A stretch of DNA of 64,000 nt, taken from positions 3,759 through 67,758 of the forward strand of contig JAUCBJ010006245.1 of the NCBI GenBank assembly GCA_032718475.1. The letters are read 5' to 3'. The notes under the pieces were generated by a model that did not search any database, was not told where the DNA came from, and saw only the letters and a list, made by a program, of their open reading frames with translations. Shown here one piece after another: positions 27,301-39,433 of this stretch. The stretch comes from Nemertoderma westbladi. Its lineage: Eukaryota > Animalia > Xenacoelomorpha. A program made the translations under genes and the position numbers. Position 1 is the first letter of the stretch; every line of letters begins with the position of its first letter.

Positions 27301-28548
27301 TACTATTGAAAACCATTTCTTAGAGTCTAAGTTGCTGGAACTTTTGGTTGATAAATACAATTCACTAGAATATGAAGCCTTAGCTAAGCGAACTTTTTGA
27401 GTGACAAAATTTCGATATTTTCTGAAATTGACCCATTGATTTGAGTTGTTGGGTGTCCCTTTGGCTCATTTGTGTAGCCTTTCCCTGCGCCTGAACAGTG
27501 AGCGCAACTCATTATTTATCCACTTAGGGTCGCTGGATCTGGTTTTTATTTTGTGGCTGGGAATAAATCTATTCGTACCTTCAAGTAAAGTCTCTGTGAG
27601 AAAATTAACACCTTCAACAGGGTCATCGGCATGTGCACCAAAGTAGCTACTAAGACATTTGCTATTTAGGAATTGTCTGAATTCTCCCCAGTTCGCTTTG
27701 TCATAATCCCATACGGTACGAATGAAAAGGGGTGGCGGTTTGATATCAACGTTTAAGTCGATAAAAATTGGCGAGTGGTCAGAAATAGGAAGGTTGTTGT
27801 CAAAACAAATATCAGCATGTGCGTCCGCCTTAATTTTCAGGGGAAGTAAATTAGTGAATAATAAGTCAATGCAAGATTGGGATTGGGATCGAGTTATAGA
27901 GTTTATCACTTGGGTAAAACCAGTTAAAGAGCAGAATTTGTTTACTAGAAAAGGAGTTTGGTGAAAACAGTTGGTATTAAAGTCACCTAAAAGAAGAATT
28001 CCATCATATTTATACGCTGTCGTGATGTTACAAATAACATCGTACAAGGTATCCCAGTACTGTGCAGTAGGTTCGGTGGGTGTGTAAAGACCAATCACGA
28101 GAACTTTTAATTTTACGATGAAAATATCAATAAATATTAATTCTAGACCTTGCGAGTTAAAGGCCCTGCCAGTGCGTCTGAGATGGGGTAATGACTCCCT
28201 GATAAATAACCCGACACCACCGTACCCCGAGTTGTCAGCGCGGGGTTTGTCATAGTATTTATAAGAGTGTTTGTTCAGCTCACTTTCATGGTCAGCTGCC
28301 GTACATTTTAAAAACTATGTTTCCGTTACAATAAAAATATCAATATTTAAATCTAAGATAGTGTCGTAAATTATTTTTAACTTGTCAGTGCAGATTTTGT
28401 TATTTAATTTTGGTAAAAGGCTGCGGACATTATGGTGCCATACAGAGAGCGGGCCAGGGTTACTCTCTATATCACCGCAAAGAAGGATCGATATGGAAGA
28501 TGGTTGGAAGGTAATTGAATATACTACTGTGGCTAATAAAACATACAC
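24360..28548 (-). pseudogene. LINE ORF2 (2A-like peptide, APE endonuclease, Pro-rich repeat, RT, zinc knuckle), disrupted
   Basis: GDIESNPGP, NVRSL, VTET, GDFN, SDH, YRPISLL, DVTKAFD, GVPQGSVLGP, FADNT (catalytic DD changed to DN); several stops and frameshifts. Confidence 0.92.
26185..27060. repeat. 66-bp (2x33) tandem repeat inside LINE ORF2 encoding VHPIPQTVPPVVHPTPPIVPPA
   Basis: ~13 units, in frame with ORF2 except for one 7-nt deletion near 26325. Confidence 0.93.
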
Positions 28549-29535
28549 TGGATGCCACTGGGTACTGTTTGCAAACCAATAAGAACCATAATAAAACGTG
28601 AAAATTTTGAATATGGTTTGTTGTGGCTATCCGCCACATTTTGTCGGATAATGTAGAAACATTTGGTTGTTACTGGCTTGCAAACAATATAATGCATTAT
28701 TAGTAAGTTTAAAGTTTGAACAAACAAGAAAAAGTGGCCAGTGGAATGGGGCTGTGAGTAATAAAACAACGCGCAATGTCAGTCGAGTCGGGCTATGTAC
28801 GAAAACTGTACTTCTACATAAACAAACCAAAATACAACTTACATAAACGGACAACAAATATAAAACAACCATCACCCAATATAATTCTAGTTCACTATAC
28901 AACAAGAAACTGGCTGTAGCACAGTACGCCAACGCTTAAGCAACAGTGAGGCAGGTATCAGACCGCACATGACTTCCCACGGGAGAGTCAACAGTGCATT
29001 TTTACGTGTGGCAGGTCAAATATTTTGTGCCGGAATACTGGTACAAAGTACCGGTATAAAAGGCATTATTAGACAAAAATAACATTTATATATTAATACC
29101 GGTAAGTGTGTATATACGATATAGAAAACGGTACTGCCTGACTGGTGGTATATACGATGTAGAAAAACGGTACTTGGAGTAATTTAAACTTAACTGGGGG
29201 TAATTAATTGTATACCAATACCGGTAGGCCTACAGTAAAAAGAAAGGAAAGGGAAGTAAATCTGAAATCTCCAATATAGGACAAAACTACAAAAATATAT
29301 TATAGTTTCCATTAACTGATCAAGGCTAGATAAGCAAAACATAGTATATGTATGTGTATGTACAGATATATATATTGTATGTTAAGTATGAACCTGTTTA
29401 TTCAAAGCAACATCTTGGCGGCGGTAGTAGTACTAGTACATAGTACACTGCTGCATGATGCAACAGCGGTACGAAGAACGTAAAAGATACTAGGAACCAG
29501 TACTGCAGTATAGAATAGGCCAATTTGCCAAACGT

Positions 29536-30285
29536 CTACTCGCCTTTACTTAGACCTGAACCACGAATTAGAGTGCCGATGTCCACATCGCTGTGGATTG
29601 GCACAGGTTTGACACCCTCCTGGGCCTTAGCCATGATGGTTCCATTGAATGTATATGCCGAGTGAAGCAGACCATTCCGTTTGTGCTCCTTTAAAGTACT
29701 GAGTAGAGTGGCACGTCTTTTTGTCAGATGTTCGGTAATAAAGAGGCTGTTTGATGCAACCGAACCCTTGTTTTTCATAACATGGATTTTCTTTGCCTGG
29801 GACAGAAGACAGACTAGAACGGGTCGCGATTTACCATGGTCATTCTTCTTTACCCCGAAACGATGAGAGATATCTATGTCCGAAGGCTGCAACCCGAGAT
29901 CGTGAAGAACTGGATGGTGATCTTTATTCTCTGGCAGAGCGTGAATCAGGAAATTGGACCTTCGAGATAACTGATCGAGGTCATCGAACTTTGTATCAAA
30001 TGTGGCTAATCTAGACTTAAGCGAAGCCGCTTCTATCTCAAGTTGATCGACGCGAAGTAGTAAGGCGGACAGTTCCGACGTGTCTTTTTTGATGGACGAT
30101 ACTTCCTTCTTAAGGCTGGTGATATCGTTAATTACTTTCTTCAGGGGCGCAACCTCGGACTTGAGGAAGGAGATATCGTCAGAAAGCTTGCTTATAGCAG
30201 AAAGGATTTCGGAATTGCTGCCGTCTAACTCCTTGTTGGTAGCAGGTGTATTAGAGGAAGAACGTGACTGAGTTGAACGAGACAT
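29536..30285 (-). CDS. LINE ORF1 (coiled coil + RRM-like), intact 249 aa
   Basis: Heptad-rich N half; RRSNFLIHALPE, DIDISHRFG, RPVLV, FITEHLT motifs typical of LINE ORF1 proteins. Confidence 0.85.
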   Translation of the reverse strand: MSRSTQSRSSSNTPATNKELDGSNSEILSAISKLSDDISFLKSEVAPLKKVINDITSLKKEVSSIKKDTSELSALLLRVDQLEIEAASLKSRLATFDTKFDDLDQLSRRSNFLIHALPENKDHHPVLHDLGLQPSDIDISHRFGVKKNDHGKSRPVLVCLLSQAKKIHVMKNKGSVASNSLFITEHLTKRRATLLSTLKEHKRNGLLHSAYTFNGTIMAKAQEGVKPVPIHSDVDIGTLIRGSGLSKGE

Positions 30286-30519
30286 CGCATACAGTTATAT
30301 GTAGAGCTGTTTTGAGGATGAGTTATATTTGCCGAGTACCGATATTGTGTAAATACTTAGAAATGTGCTACCGGTTGCCGGTAATAATAAGCAGGTATGT
30401 ATCCCACAGGCAGGTTGTTAGGGTCTGACAGCAGAGCCTACCACATCATAATAACGGTAAGTACAGCAGTACAGCAGTGATTCAGCAGCAGTGATTGCAT
30501 TCCTTTTTATCGCTTATTA

Positions 30520-32340
30520 TCAATTATACCTTTCTCCACCATGGATTCAATTTCGAGCTTGGCCTTCTCTCTAAGAGCAAATGGAACTTGACGAGAAGTG
30601 GTTAAAGAGAAAGGAATGTTGTTTGGTTGAAGATGAATCTTCATTGGTTTGCCTTGCATAGGCTTGTGATGTTCCACTGTGGAGAAAACATCTGGGAATA
30701 GTTCTAAAATTTGGTTACATATTGAATCAATGTCTGACTCAGAGGGATTTTCTGGAATTGTGTGTAGCTGATCACAATATTGTATGGAGTGTTCTGATTG
30801 GACATTGCAGATTTGTGTGGGAAAGTCAGTTGGAATGATTTTGAGATCTCGACAAGTTATCCAACCAAGAAGAAATCCATCAGACTTTCCAATCACGTGT
30901 ATAGTTGTCACAGAGGTAAAATTTCCAAGTGTAATAGAGCAGGGAAGTTGTCCAAGAACCTTAAGCGAATTATGTCTGAAACTGTTAAGTGGAAGATTGC
31001 TGTGTTCCAAGTCAGACAGTTGGAGTCCAAATTTGTTAAATACAGAATCGGACATTATGTTTGTTGGAGATCCAGTGTCTGGTAGAGCCTTGATATTATC
31101 TAGCTGGATACCTACTGAGAAATTAAAAGGGTCGAGGGAAACTATAACTTCTGGTGTAGGCTTTTCATCAAGAGTTATAAACATGATTTACTGAGGATTC
31201 AATGTAACCAACATTGGAAGATGGGGTTTTCAAATACGTTTCATCCCATTTCAAACTACAAACTCTGATCCAATGTCCAGTATTTTTGCATAGGGACAGG
31301 TTGATTCGTTTGCAGGGCAAGTGGACATGTCCTTATGTAGGTCATTACCACACCATAGACATTTCTTCCTTAAATGTTGTGGAATCCGGTCACGGGACTT
31401 ACTGCGATATCGAGGCCGTGACCTGTCTGGCGAGTTCCTCCGACACTCTTTCTGTGTTTTGTAAGTATTACCTTTTATACAGTTTACTGTAGCTCCTGGG
31501 TTGGCGAATTTATGGCCGGCCTCCTCCCGGCGGCAGAATGCGATGACGTCGTCAAGGTGTGGGTATGGACGAATCGCCATGAGGCATCGGCGGATCTCCT
31601 CGTCTCGTAGCCCAACACGTATTCTATCTGCCAGACGTTAGTCGAAGCAATGGTTGCAAAGTTCGGCATCCTGCCCTAGGTTCCTTAAGGCTAAGATAAA
31701 TTGGTCAAAAATTTCTCCGGGCATTTGGAATTGGCGTTCGAAAGCTTGGCGTTCACGTCCTAAATCACGTTTTTCTTGGAAATAAGTTGCAATTGCATCG
31801 AGTCTGTCATTGATTGATATCGCATTTCCCGGTTCGGCGGGTTGGACGTCGATGTGCGACAGAACGTCCTGTACATCTTGGTGTAAAGCGCGACGGAATG
31901 CCGCTAGTTGCTCCGGTTCAGGGAATTCTACAAGATGTACGAGAGTTGCGTAGTCGTCCCAAGTTGTACGCCAATGGCGAAATGCTCCAACCGAGGTATT
32001 CAGGTTTAAAATCGACGGAGGGTGAGGGGCAGCTGATCTGGCGAGATCATGACGAGGTAGATGCAGTTGAGTCGGCCTAATGTCAGCAGGAACAGTGGGA
32101 GGAACACGATGTTATGCCCCATTATTTGTAGCATCTCTGCATGTTCAGTGCGACGTCGCTGTTCGTCCTCTGCGCGTCGTTGTTCCTCGCGTTGTTCCCG
32201 GCGTTCTTCCATCTGCATAAGGAATTTTGCCAGGTCGGTTTGTTGAGGAGGATCCCCGGCTTCGAACTCGAGGATTCTGTACAGCTGTTTGCGTAAATTA
32301 GCTGTCGATGTGTGAGGATTAAACTGTAAACCGGCATTTG
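30520..32340 (-). pseudogene. Gypsy gag-protease (disrupted)
   Basis: CLWCGNDLH...CPA knuckle; ALPDTGS protease; ...VEKGII joins ERVSDVPTEWCHPMV across the LINE insertion. Confidence 0.85.
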
Positions 32341-32501
32341 TAGTGGATTTTTAATGCGGCTCGGTCGAGTTCATCTATTTTGTCCACAGTGAGGTCCAAG
32401 TAATCCTCTGGGTTAATAGCTTCAGCCCTTTATTGTATTCGTAATTGAATTAGAAAATAAAATAATTCATAAACAAATAATACATCCTACTCGCAGCGCC
32501 A

Positions 32502-32674
32502 TGCTGTGATCTTAATAATATAGTTAGATCATGCAAAATGTAAATTAAGTTTATCCTGTATATAGGTAATCCCATAGTATATTAGTCGTACTTATCCTAA
32601 GCTAGAATAAATTTTGAATTTCCCGCCACGTGCATTTAAATGTTATATAAACATAATAAGGGTAGAACCCACCA
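32502..32674 (-). repeat. Gypsy 5' LTR
   Basis: 3 mismatches in 173 bp versus the 3' LTR; followed by PBS TGGCGCTGCGAGTAGG (32501-32486), which resembles the complement of a tRNA-Ser 3' end. Confidence 0.95.
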
Positions 32675-35116
32675 GCTTCTAGATCTAAACAGAAGGCGAC
32701 GGGGTAGACTCGGAATTGCATTAAAATTGCCACTATCATGTTGAACAGATTAGGTCCAGCCATTAGTTCAGAGTTGAGACTATGGCCTTTCCACGTTGCT
32801 GCAGTGTCCATTACCACACGTAATTTGTTATTTTTGTTGGTTTCTAGAACATAGTGGGTAGGAATATAGTATTGTCAGGGGTCAGGATTCAATATTTCTT
32901 CCTTCGTCAGATATTGTCCTATTCCTTTGGAGATGAACTCTTCCATTTTTGTTTGGAATTGTTCGATTCAGTGGTGTTTTTACGCAATCTAGTTTTTGTC
33001 CATCGTAACCTTTTGATTGCTAAGGCAAGGTTGGGTATAAGAGGTTTTTGTTTATCTCTCCATAACATAGGGACATAATAGTACCCATTTTCAAAGGTAG
33101 TATCTCATTCCATCATCTTTAGTGATTTTGTGTCTTCCACTGAGCGAAATTTCTCCTTTGTTGGTACCTCGAAGTGTTCCAAAACCCAATATTGAATTAG
33201 TTGTTTCTTCAGAATGTTCATTGGGATTATCTCGTCATAACACGGGCATGTTGCTGTGCGTTCATCTTCTTTTGGACCTTCCTGTATGACGTTGATGTAG
33301 TGGCTTGACGTTACAGGTATATATTGTGGTTCAAATGGTCCTACCACGACCCATCCGAGGGGTGTTAACTCTGCGTGAGGAAGATGTTCCTGATCAACCT
33401 TGGAATCACCCCATAATCCATCGAGTACTGTATGTAGAAGTGGGAAATTGATACCAATAAGTATTGAAACCTGATCAATTTCCATGCCATCGTCTGGTAT
33501 CTTGATGTCTCTAAGATGTTGGATCCTCTCGAGAGGCCATTCTGACGCTCGATTATAGTCGATTTTTAGGTTTTCAAACATCATATAATATCAGATATTC
33601 TGTAAGATGTATGGTTCAACATCTTTTGTATCAACCAAAGGTTGTACCCCACATGTTGTTCGATGGGTGTTGAATGTTTTCTTATCAGCCATGGTGTTGA
33701 TACAGATAGTAGCCTCGCGCAGGGGTAAACCCAGCTGGTTGGCTAAACATCTGTCTATAAAGGTGCCCATTGAACCATTGTCAAGGAATGCATACGTTGT
33801 TACGATTGCGTTTGTGTTGGAGTTTTTGACTTGTATAGGAATGATCTTTAGGAATACCACTGCTCCTTTTTTAGAGGCCCACTGCAAAGAGGCTCCCATC
33901 GCCGTAATCTCGTCGTCGTTAGTTGGAGGCATTGTGTGGAGTGTTGCATCCTCATAATAATTTAATTTGAATGACGAGGTAGTTGTTTTCGGCGGTGGCG
34001 GAAGAAGTTTAGTGGTATTCTTTTTATCCTTACTCTCTGGATGAAGTTTCAACCATGCTTCATATGGTGTTGGGGGTCCACTCGCTACTCTTTTGTATTC
34101 ATGTGTTAACCATCGGAATTTATCATTTATGTCGAGTTCTGGATGTAAATCCGGGCTATGTGCTTCCCGGCGCATGCCATCTTTGGTTGTTCTAGAACAC
34201 TGATATTTTTCCAAGGATTTACAATGTTTCCAGAAATGTCCGAAACCTTGACAGACTAAACAGGGTCATAGATGGAAGCATGTTTCGTACTTCACTTTAT
34301 GTGAGAGACTTTGGAATTTTGGACACTGATACATACAATGTTTTCCACTGCATACATAACATTGTTGGACTAGTCCGTTTGGATAGATCCTTATAGGTTC
34401 GGCGGACCATGTTGTTGCAAACGCGTCAATATGTGGATTAGTTGTCCAGAACTCATCATCACTTGAGTAGTAGATATCCCCCTTATCATCTTTGTCATCA
34501 ATATGTTCGCTCTCGCAAACATTCTCTTCTCCTTCCTGGGACTGGATGGCTACACTGTGACCGTTGGGATGGTTTTAGGTTTTGTAGCAGATTTTTGGTT
34601 TAATTTCTCCGCTTTTCCTTTTCGCAACGCGAGAATGATCTTTGTCTGCGCCATAGATGGACGTATTCCAGTATAGGATTCTCCCATCTGGACGGATGCC
34701 GCAAGGTTGCCATATAGAGGATCCTTAACTCTGTCGGCGTATTTCTCCATCCAGTCTGCGAACTCGTAAATGCCGGGTTCAGTCCCATGTCGTATCCGGA
34801 ATTTTTGCGCTTTGTTCAGCCATTTTTGTTGATCTGAAAAGTCGAAATTCATAACAATTCTACTCATATTGTCGGTGCTGTTTAGTGCATGCAGACACTT
34901 CAAAGTTTGGAGTATTTCCAGACCTTGTCCGATATCGTCCGAATATTCTTCGACGTCTGAGTCTGTTGTAATCAGGAATCTGCAATTGGTGACATTGTGT
35001 ATCACCAATTTCATGATGATGGGCTACCAAAGTTATTTTCCAACACGTCCCACGCACTTTGATATCCATCATCCACTCCTTCATAATGTTTGACCTTCTG
35101 TAACGCTTTCCCAGAT

Positions 35117-35623
35117 CTAGTACTAGGATCGGCATCATGCCGGATCATGGATTTTTAAGAATGCTGTGCCGGCTTATTGACAAAATTGCACCGCCACAAC
35201 TCCCTATCACCCATGACATTTGCTAGAGCATCCGCATCTTCACGGCCAGTGTCCTTTAAGATGCGTCTCAAGAAAGTCATGGGCTGTCTACCATGCTTAT
35301 TCACTCCATGAGGCTGCCAAAGTACAAGATTATGCACTGGCTGGTCCTCACGGGCGAAAGCAATGTCCTGCAAAGCGGAGGCAATTTTGTTCTAGTGTCA
35401 AGCTTGGGGGAACCAATGAGACACCTCCAATGTTATATAGTATCTGGTTGGAGATGTGTGCATTGTACTTGACACAATGAACCTGGTGTAGCATTCTTGT
35501 GAATGTGCCATCCAGAGATTTGGTGTCCTCAGCAGTTAAAGCCCAGCTTGAACTTCCATAGGGGAGTACTGGAACTACTGCTGCTCTAAATAATTGGACC
35601 TTAAGTTTCCGATTAATTAATTA
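35117..35623 (-). mobile_element. 5'-truncated RTE-clade LINE fragment inserted in BEL gag
   Basis: Near-identical to 57130-57628; 6-bp TSD CCAGAT (35111-35116, 35624-35629); removal restores BEL ...TYLSGKALQKVKH. Confidence 0.9.
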
Positions 35624-36092
35624 CCAGATAGGTAGGTTAACAGACGTCGCAATTTTTGTTGTTATGGGGACGTTTTTACAATCCACTTGTGCGATAAAAC
35701 GCGCTTTAAACGAGATGAATTCTGCTGGGTTTCCACTGAATTTAGTTGGCTTCTGACGTGGTTTTGGGGGTGCCTTCTTTGGTTTGTCATCTTTTCTCTG
35801 TTTCTTCTTAGGGATTTTGTCCTTCCATTTCCTCGGGGGTTTATCATTGTCATCATCATGGTACGGGTCATCTGGATCGTTTGGCGGCACCTCAGGACAC
35901 GCTCTACCGGGTGTATAGCGGTCTGTTGTTAATGCGTGTCTGGCATAGAATCGGACGTCTTGGGGATGAGATGACAATGGGACTGTTGTATGAGGACGGT
36001 TCATTGGCGATTTGTTTCCACCATTATAATATGCTTTGTAATGTGAATTGTCTTTGACTTTATACATTGATGAGACACACGGCAATTCTTAG

Positions 36093-39000
36093 CTAACCTA
36101 ACTAACGCTAACCTAACTGTCTGCAACGTGCTCAACCATTTCTATCCTCTCTCCAACCCCACTAACCTAACCGTCTGCAACATGCTCAACCGTTTCTATC
36201 CTCTCTCCAACTCCACTAACCTAACTGTCTGCAACGTGCTCAACCGTTTCTATCCTCTCTCCAACTCCACTAACCTAACTGTCTGCAACGTGCTCAACCG
36301 TTCCTGTCCTCTCTCCAACTCCACTAACCTAACTGTCTGCGACGTGCTCAACCGTTTCTGTCCTCTCTCCAACTCCACTAACCTAACTGTCTGCGATGTG
36401 CTCAACCGTTTCTATCCTCTCTCCAACTCCACTAACATAACTGTCTGCAACATGCTCAACCGTTCCTGTCCTCTCTCCAACTCCACTAACCTAACTGTCT
36501 GCAACGTGCTCAACCGTTTCTATCCTCTCTCCAACTCCACTAACCTAACTGTCTGCGACATGCTCAACCGCTTCTGTCCTCTCTCCAACTCCACTAACCT
36601 AACTGTCTGCAACGTGCTCAACCGGTTCTATCCTCTCTCCAACTCCACTAACGTAACTGTCTGCAACGTGCTCAACCGTTTCTGTCCTCTCTCCAACTCC
36701 ACTAACCTAACTGTCTGCGACGTGCTCAACCGTTTCTGTCCTCTCTCCAACCCCACTAACCTAACTGTCTGCAACATGCTCAACCGTTCCTGTCCTCTCT
36801 CCAACTCCACTAACCTAACTGTCTGCAATGTGCTCAACCGTTTCTATCCTCTCTCCAACTCCACTAACCTAACTGTCTGCAACGTGCTCAACCGTTTCTA
36901 TCCTCTCTCCAACTCCACTAACATAACTGTCTGCAATGTGCTCAACCGTTCCTGTCCTCTCTCCAACTCCACTAACCTAACTGTCTGCGACATGCTCAAC
37001 CGTTTCTGTCCTCTCTCCAACCCCACTAACCTAACTGTCTGCAACATGCTCAACCGTTTCTATCCTCTCTCCAACTCCACTAACCTAACTGTCTGCAACG
37101 TGCTCAACCGTTTCTGTCCTCTCTCCAACCCCACTAACCTAACTGTCTGCAACGTGCTCAACCGTTTCTGTCCTCTCTCCAACTCCACTAACCTAACTGT
37201 CTGCGATGTGCTCAACCGTTTCTATCCTCTCTCCAACTCCACTAACCTAACTGTCTGCGACGTGCTCAACCGTTTCTGTCCTCTCTCCAACTCCACTAAC
37301 CTAACTGTCTGCGATGTGCTCAACCGTTTCTATCCTCTCTCCAACTCCACTAACCTAACTGTCTGTGACGTGCTCAACAGTTTCTGTCCTCTCTCCAACT
37401 CCACTAACCTAACTGTCTGCGACGTGCTCAACCGTTTCTGTCCTCTCTCCAACTCCACTAACCTAACTGTCTGCGATGTGCTCAACCGTTTCTATCCTCT
37501 CTCCAACTCCACTAACCTAACTGTCTGTGACGTGCTCAACCGTTTCTGTCCTCTCTCCAACCCCACTAACCTAACTGTCTGCGATGTGCTCAACCGTTTC
37601 TATCCTCTCTCCAACCCCACTAACCGAACTGTCTGCGATGTGCTCAACCGTTTCTGTCCTCTCTCCAACCCCACTAACCTAACTGTCTGCAACATGCTCA
37701 ACCGTTTCTATTCTCTCTCCAACTCCACTAACCTAACTGTCTGCAACGTGCTCAACCGTTTCTATCCTCTCTCCAACTCCACTAACCTAACTGTCTGCAA
37801 CGTGCTCAACCGTTTCTATCCTCTCTCCAACTCCACTAACCTAACTATCTGCAATGTGCTCAACCGTTTCTGTCCTCTCTCCAACTCCACTAACCTAACT
37901 GTCTGTAAGGTGCCCAACCATTTCTGTCCTCTCTCCAACTCCACTAACCTATTTGTCTGCAACGTGCTCAACTGTTTCTATCCTCTCTCTAACTCCACTA
38001 ACCTAACTGTCTGCGATGTGCTCAACCATTTCTGTCCTCTCTCCAACCCCACTAACCTAACCGTCTGCAACATGCTCAACCGCTTCTGTCCTCTCTCCAA
38101 CTCCACTAACCTAACTGTCTGCAACGTGCTCAACCGTTTCTATCCTCTCTCCAACTCCACTAACCTAACTGTCTGCAATGTGCTCAACCGTTTCTGTCCT
38201 CTCTCCAACTCCACTAACCTAACTGTCTGTAAGGTGCCTAACCATTTCTGTCCTCTCTCCAACTCCACTAACCTATTTGTCTGCAACGTGCTCAACCGTT
38301 TCTGTCCTCTCTCCAACTCCACTAACCTAACCGTCTGCAACATGCTCAACTGTTTCTATCCTCTCTCCAACTCCACTAACCTAACTGTCTGCGACGTGCT
38401 CAACCGTTTCTGTCCTCTCTCCAACCCCACTAACCTAACCGTCTGCAACATGCTCAACTGTTTCTATCCTCTCTCCAACTCCACTAACCTAACTGTCTGC
38501 AACGTGCTCAACCATTTCTATCCTCTCTCCAACCCCACTAACCTAACCGTCTGCAACATGCTCAACCGCTTCTGTCCTCTCTCCAACTCCACTAACCTAA
38601 CTGTCTGCAACGTGCTCAACCGTTTCTATCCTCTCTCCAACTCCACTAACCTAACTGTCTGCAACGTCCGCAACCGTTTCTGTCCTCTCTCCAACTCCAA
38701 CTCCACTAACCTAACTGTCTGCAACGTGCTCAACCGTTTCTATTCTCTCTCCAACTCCACTAACCAAACCATCTGCAATGTGCTCAACCGTTTCTGTCCT
38801 CTCTCCAACTCCACTAACCTAGCCGTCTGCAACGTGCTCAACCATTTCTGTCCTCTCTCCAACTCCAACTCCACTAACCTAACTTTCTTCAACGTGCTCA
38901 ACCGTTTCTGTCCTCTCTCCAACTCCACTAACCTAACTGTTTGCAACGTGCTCAACCGTTTCTGTCCTCTCTCCAACTCCACTAACCTAACTATCTGCAA

Positions 39001-39321
39001 TGTGCTCAACCGTTTCTGTCCTCTCTCCAACTCCACTAACCTAACTGTTTGCAACGTGTTCAACCGTTTCTGTCCTCTCTCCAACTCCACTAACCTAACT
39101 GTCTGCAACGTGCTCAACCGTTTCTGTCCTCTCTCCAACTCCAACTCCACTAACCTAACTGTCTGCAACGTGCTCAACCATTTCTGTCCTCTCTCCAACT
39201 CCAACTCCACTAACCTAACTGTCTGCAACGTGCTCAACCGTTTCTGTCCTCTCTCCAATTCCAACTCCACTAACCTAACTGTCTGCAACGTGCTCAACCG
39301 TTTCTGTCCTCTCTCCAACTC
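36093..39321 (-). repeat. Intron 5 satellite: 54-bp tandem array built from the exon 5 end and its donor
   Basis: Unit GAGTTGGAGAGAGGACAGAAACGGTTGAGCACGTTGCAGACAGTTAG|gttagtg; ~58 units, some 60-bp variants near the exon. Confidence 0.97.
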
Positions 39322-39408
39322 GGTCTTCTTTTTCTCTATTTTATTCTCCAGATTTGCCTCATCCTCGGCGACATTATCAATAGAGGCATTGATCTTTTTA
39401 ATTTCAGC
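39275..39408 (-). CDS. CLUAP1: CLUAP1 exon 5 (AEIKKINASIDNVAEDEANLENKIEKKKTELERGQKRLSTLQTVR)
   Basis: aattag acceptor, AG|gttagt donor, 134 nt ending in phase 2; DEANLExKIEK..ELER..KRL coiled-coil motif. Confidence 0.95.
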
Positions 39409-39433
39409 CTAATTCAGAAAATAGATAATTAAA

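Larger units (their letters stand above)
23782..30519 (-). mobile_element. Full-length CR1/L2-group (Crack/Daphne-like) LINE nested in the Gypsy RT
   Basis: 14-bp TSD TCAATTATACCTTT (23768-23781, 30520-30533); poly(A) tail; ORF1; APE endonuclease; RT; C-terminal CxxC..H..C. Confidence 0.93.
20887..32674 (-). mobile_element. Gypsy (Mag-like) LTR retrotransposon, structurally complete, ~5.0 kb without the nested LINE
   Basis: 173-bp TG...CA LTRs; 5-bp TSD GCTTC (20882-20886, 32675-32679); PBS and PPT; PR-RT-RH-IN order. Confidence 0.96.
18417..36090 (-). mobile_element. Decayed BEL/Pao LTR retrotransposon internal region (gag-PR-RT-RH-IN), interrupted by Gypsy and RTE insertions; no LTRs seen
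   Basis: FSGNPAEFISF gag; Cys/His knuckles near 34150-34360; AFLDNGS protease; LTPLGWVVVGP; SLNSELMAGPNL; DLEA|MFHQV rejoined across the Gypsy; YDPLG; PRMELSAA; WRYVPTEMNPAD; YSDQGTHF; INSRPL; many stops and frameshifts. Confidence 0.92.

Noticed and set aside
36128-39412. 1094-aa plus-strand Cys/Asn repeat ORF
   Set aside because: It is the antisense reading of the exon 5-derived 54-mer, has a non-ATG start, and its origin is fully explained by the opposite strand.
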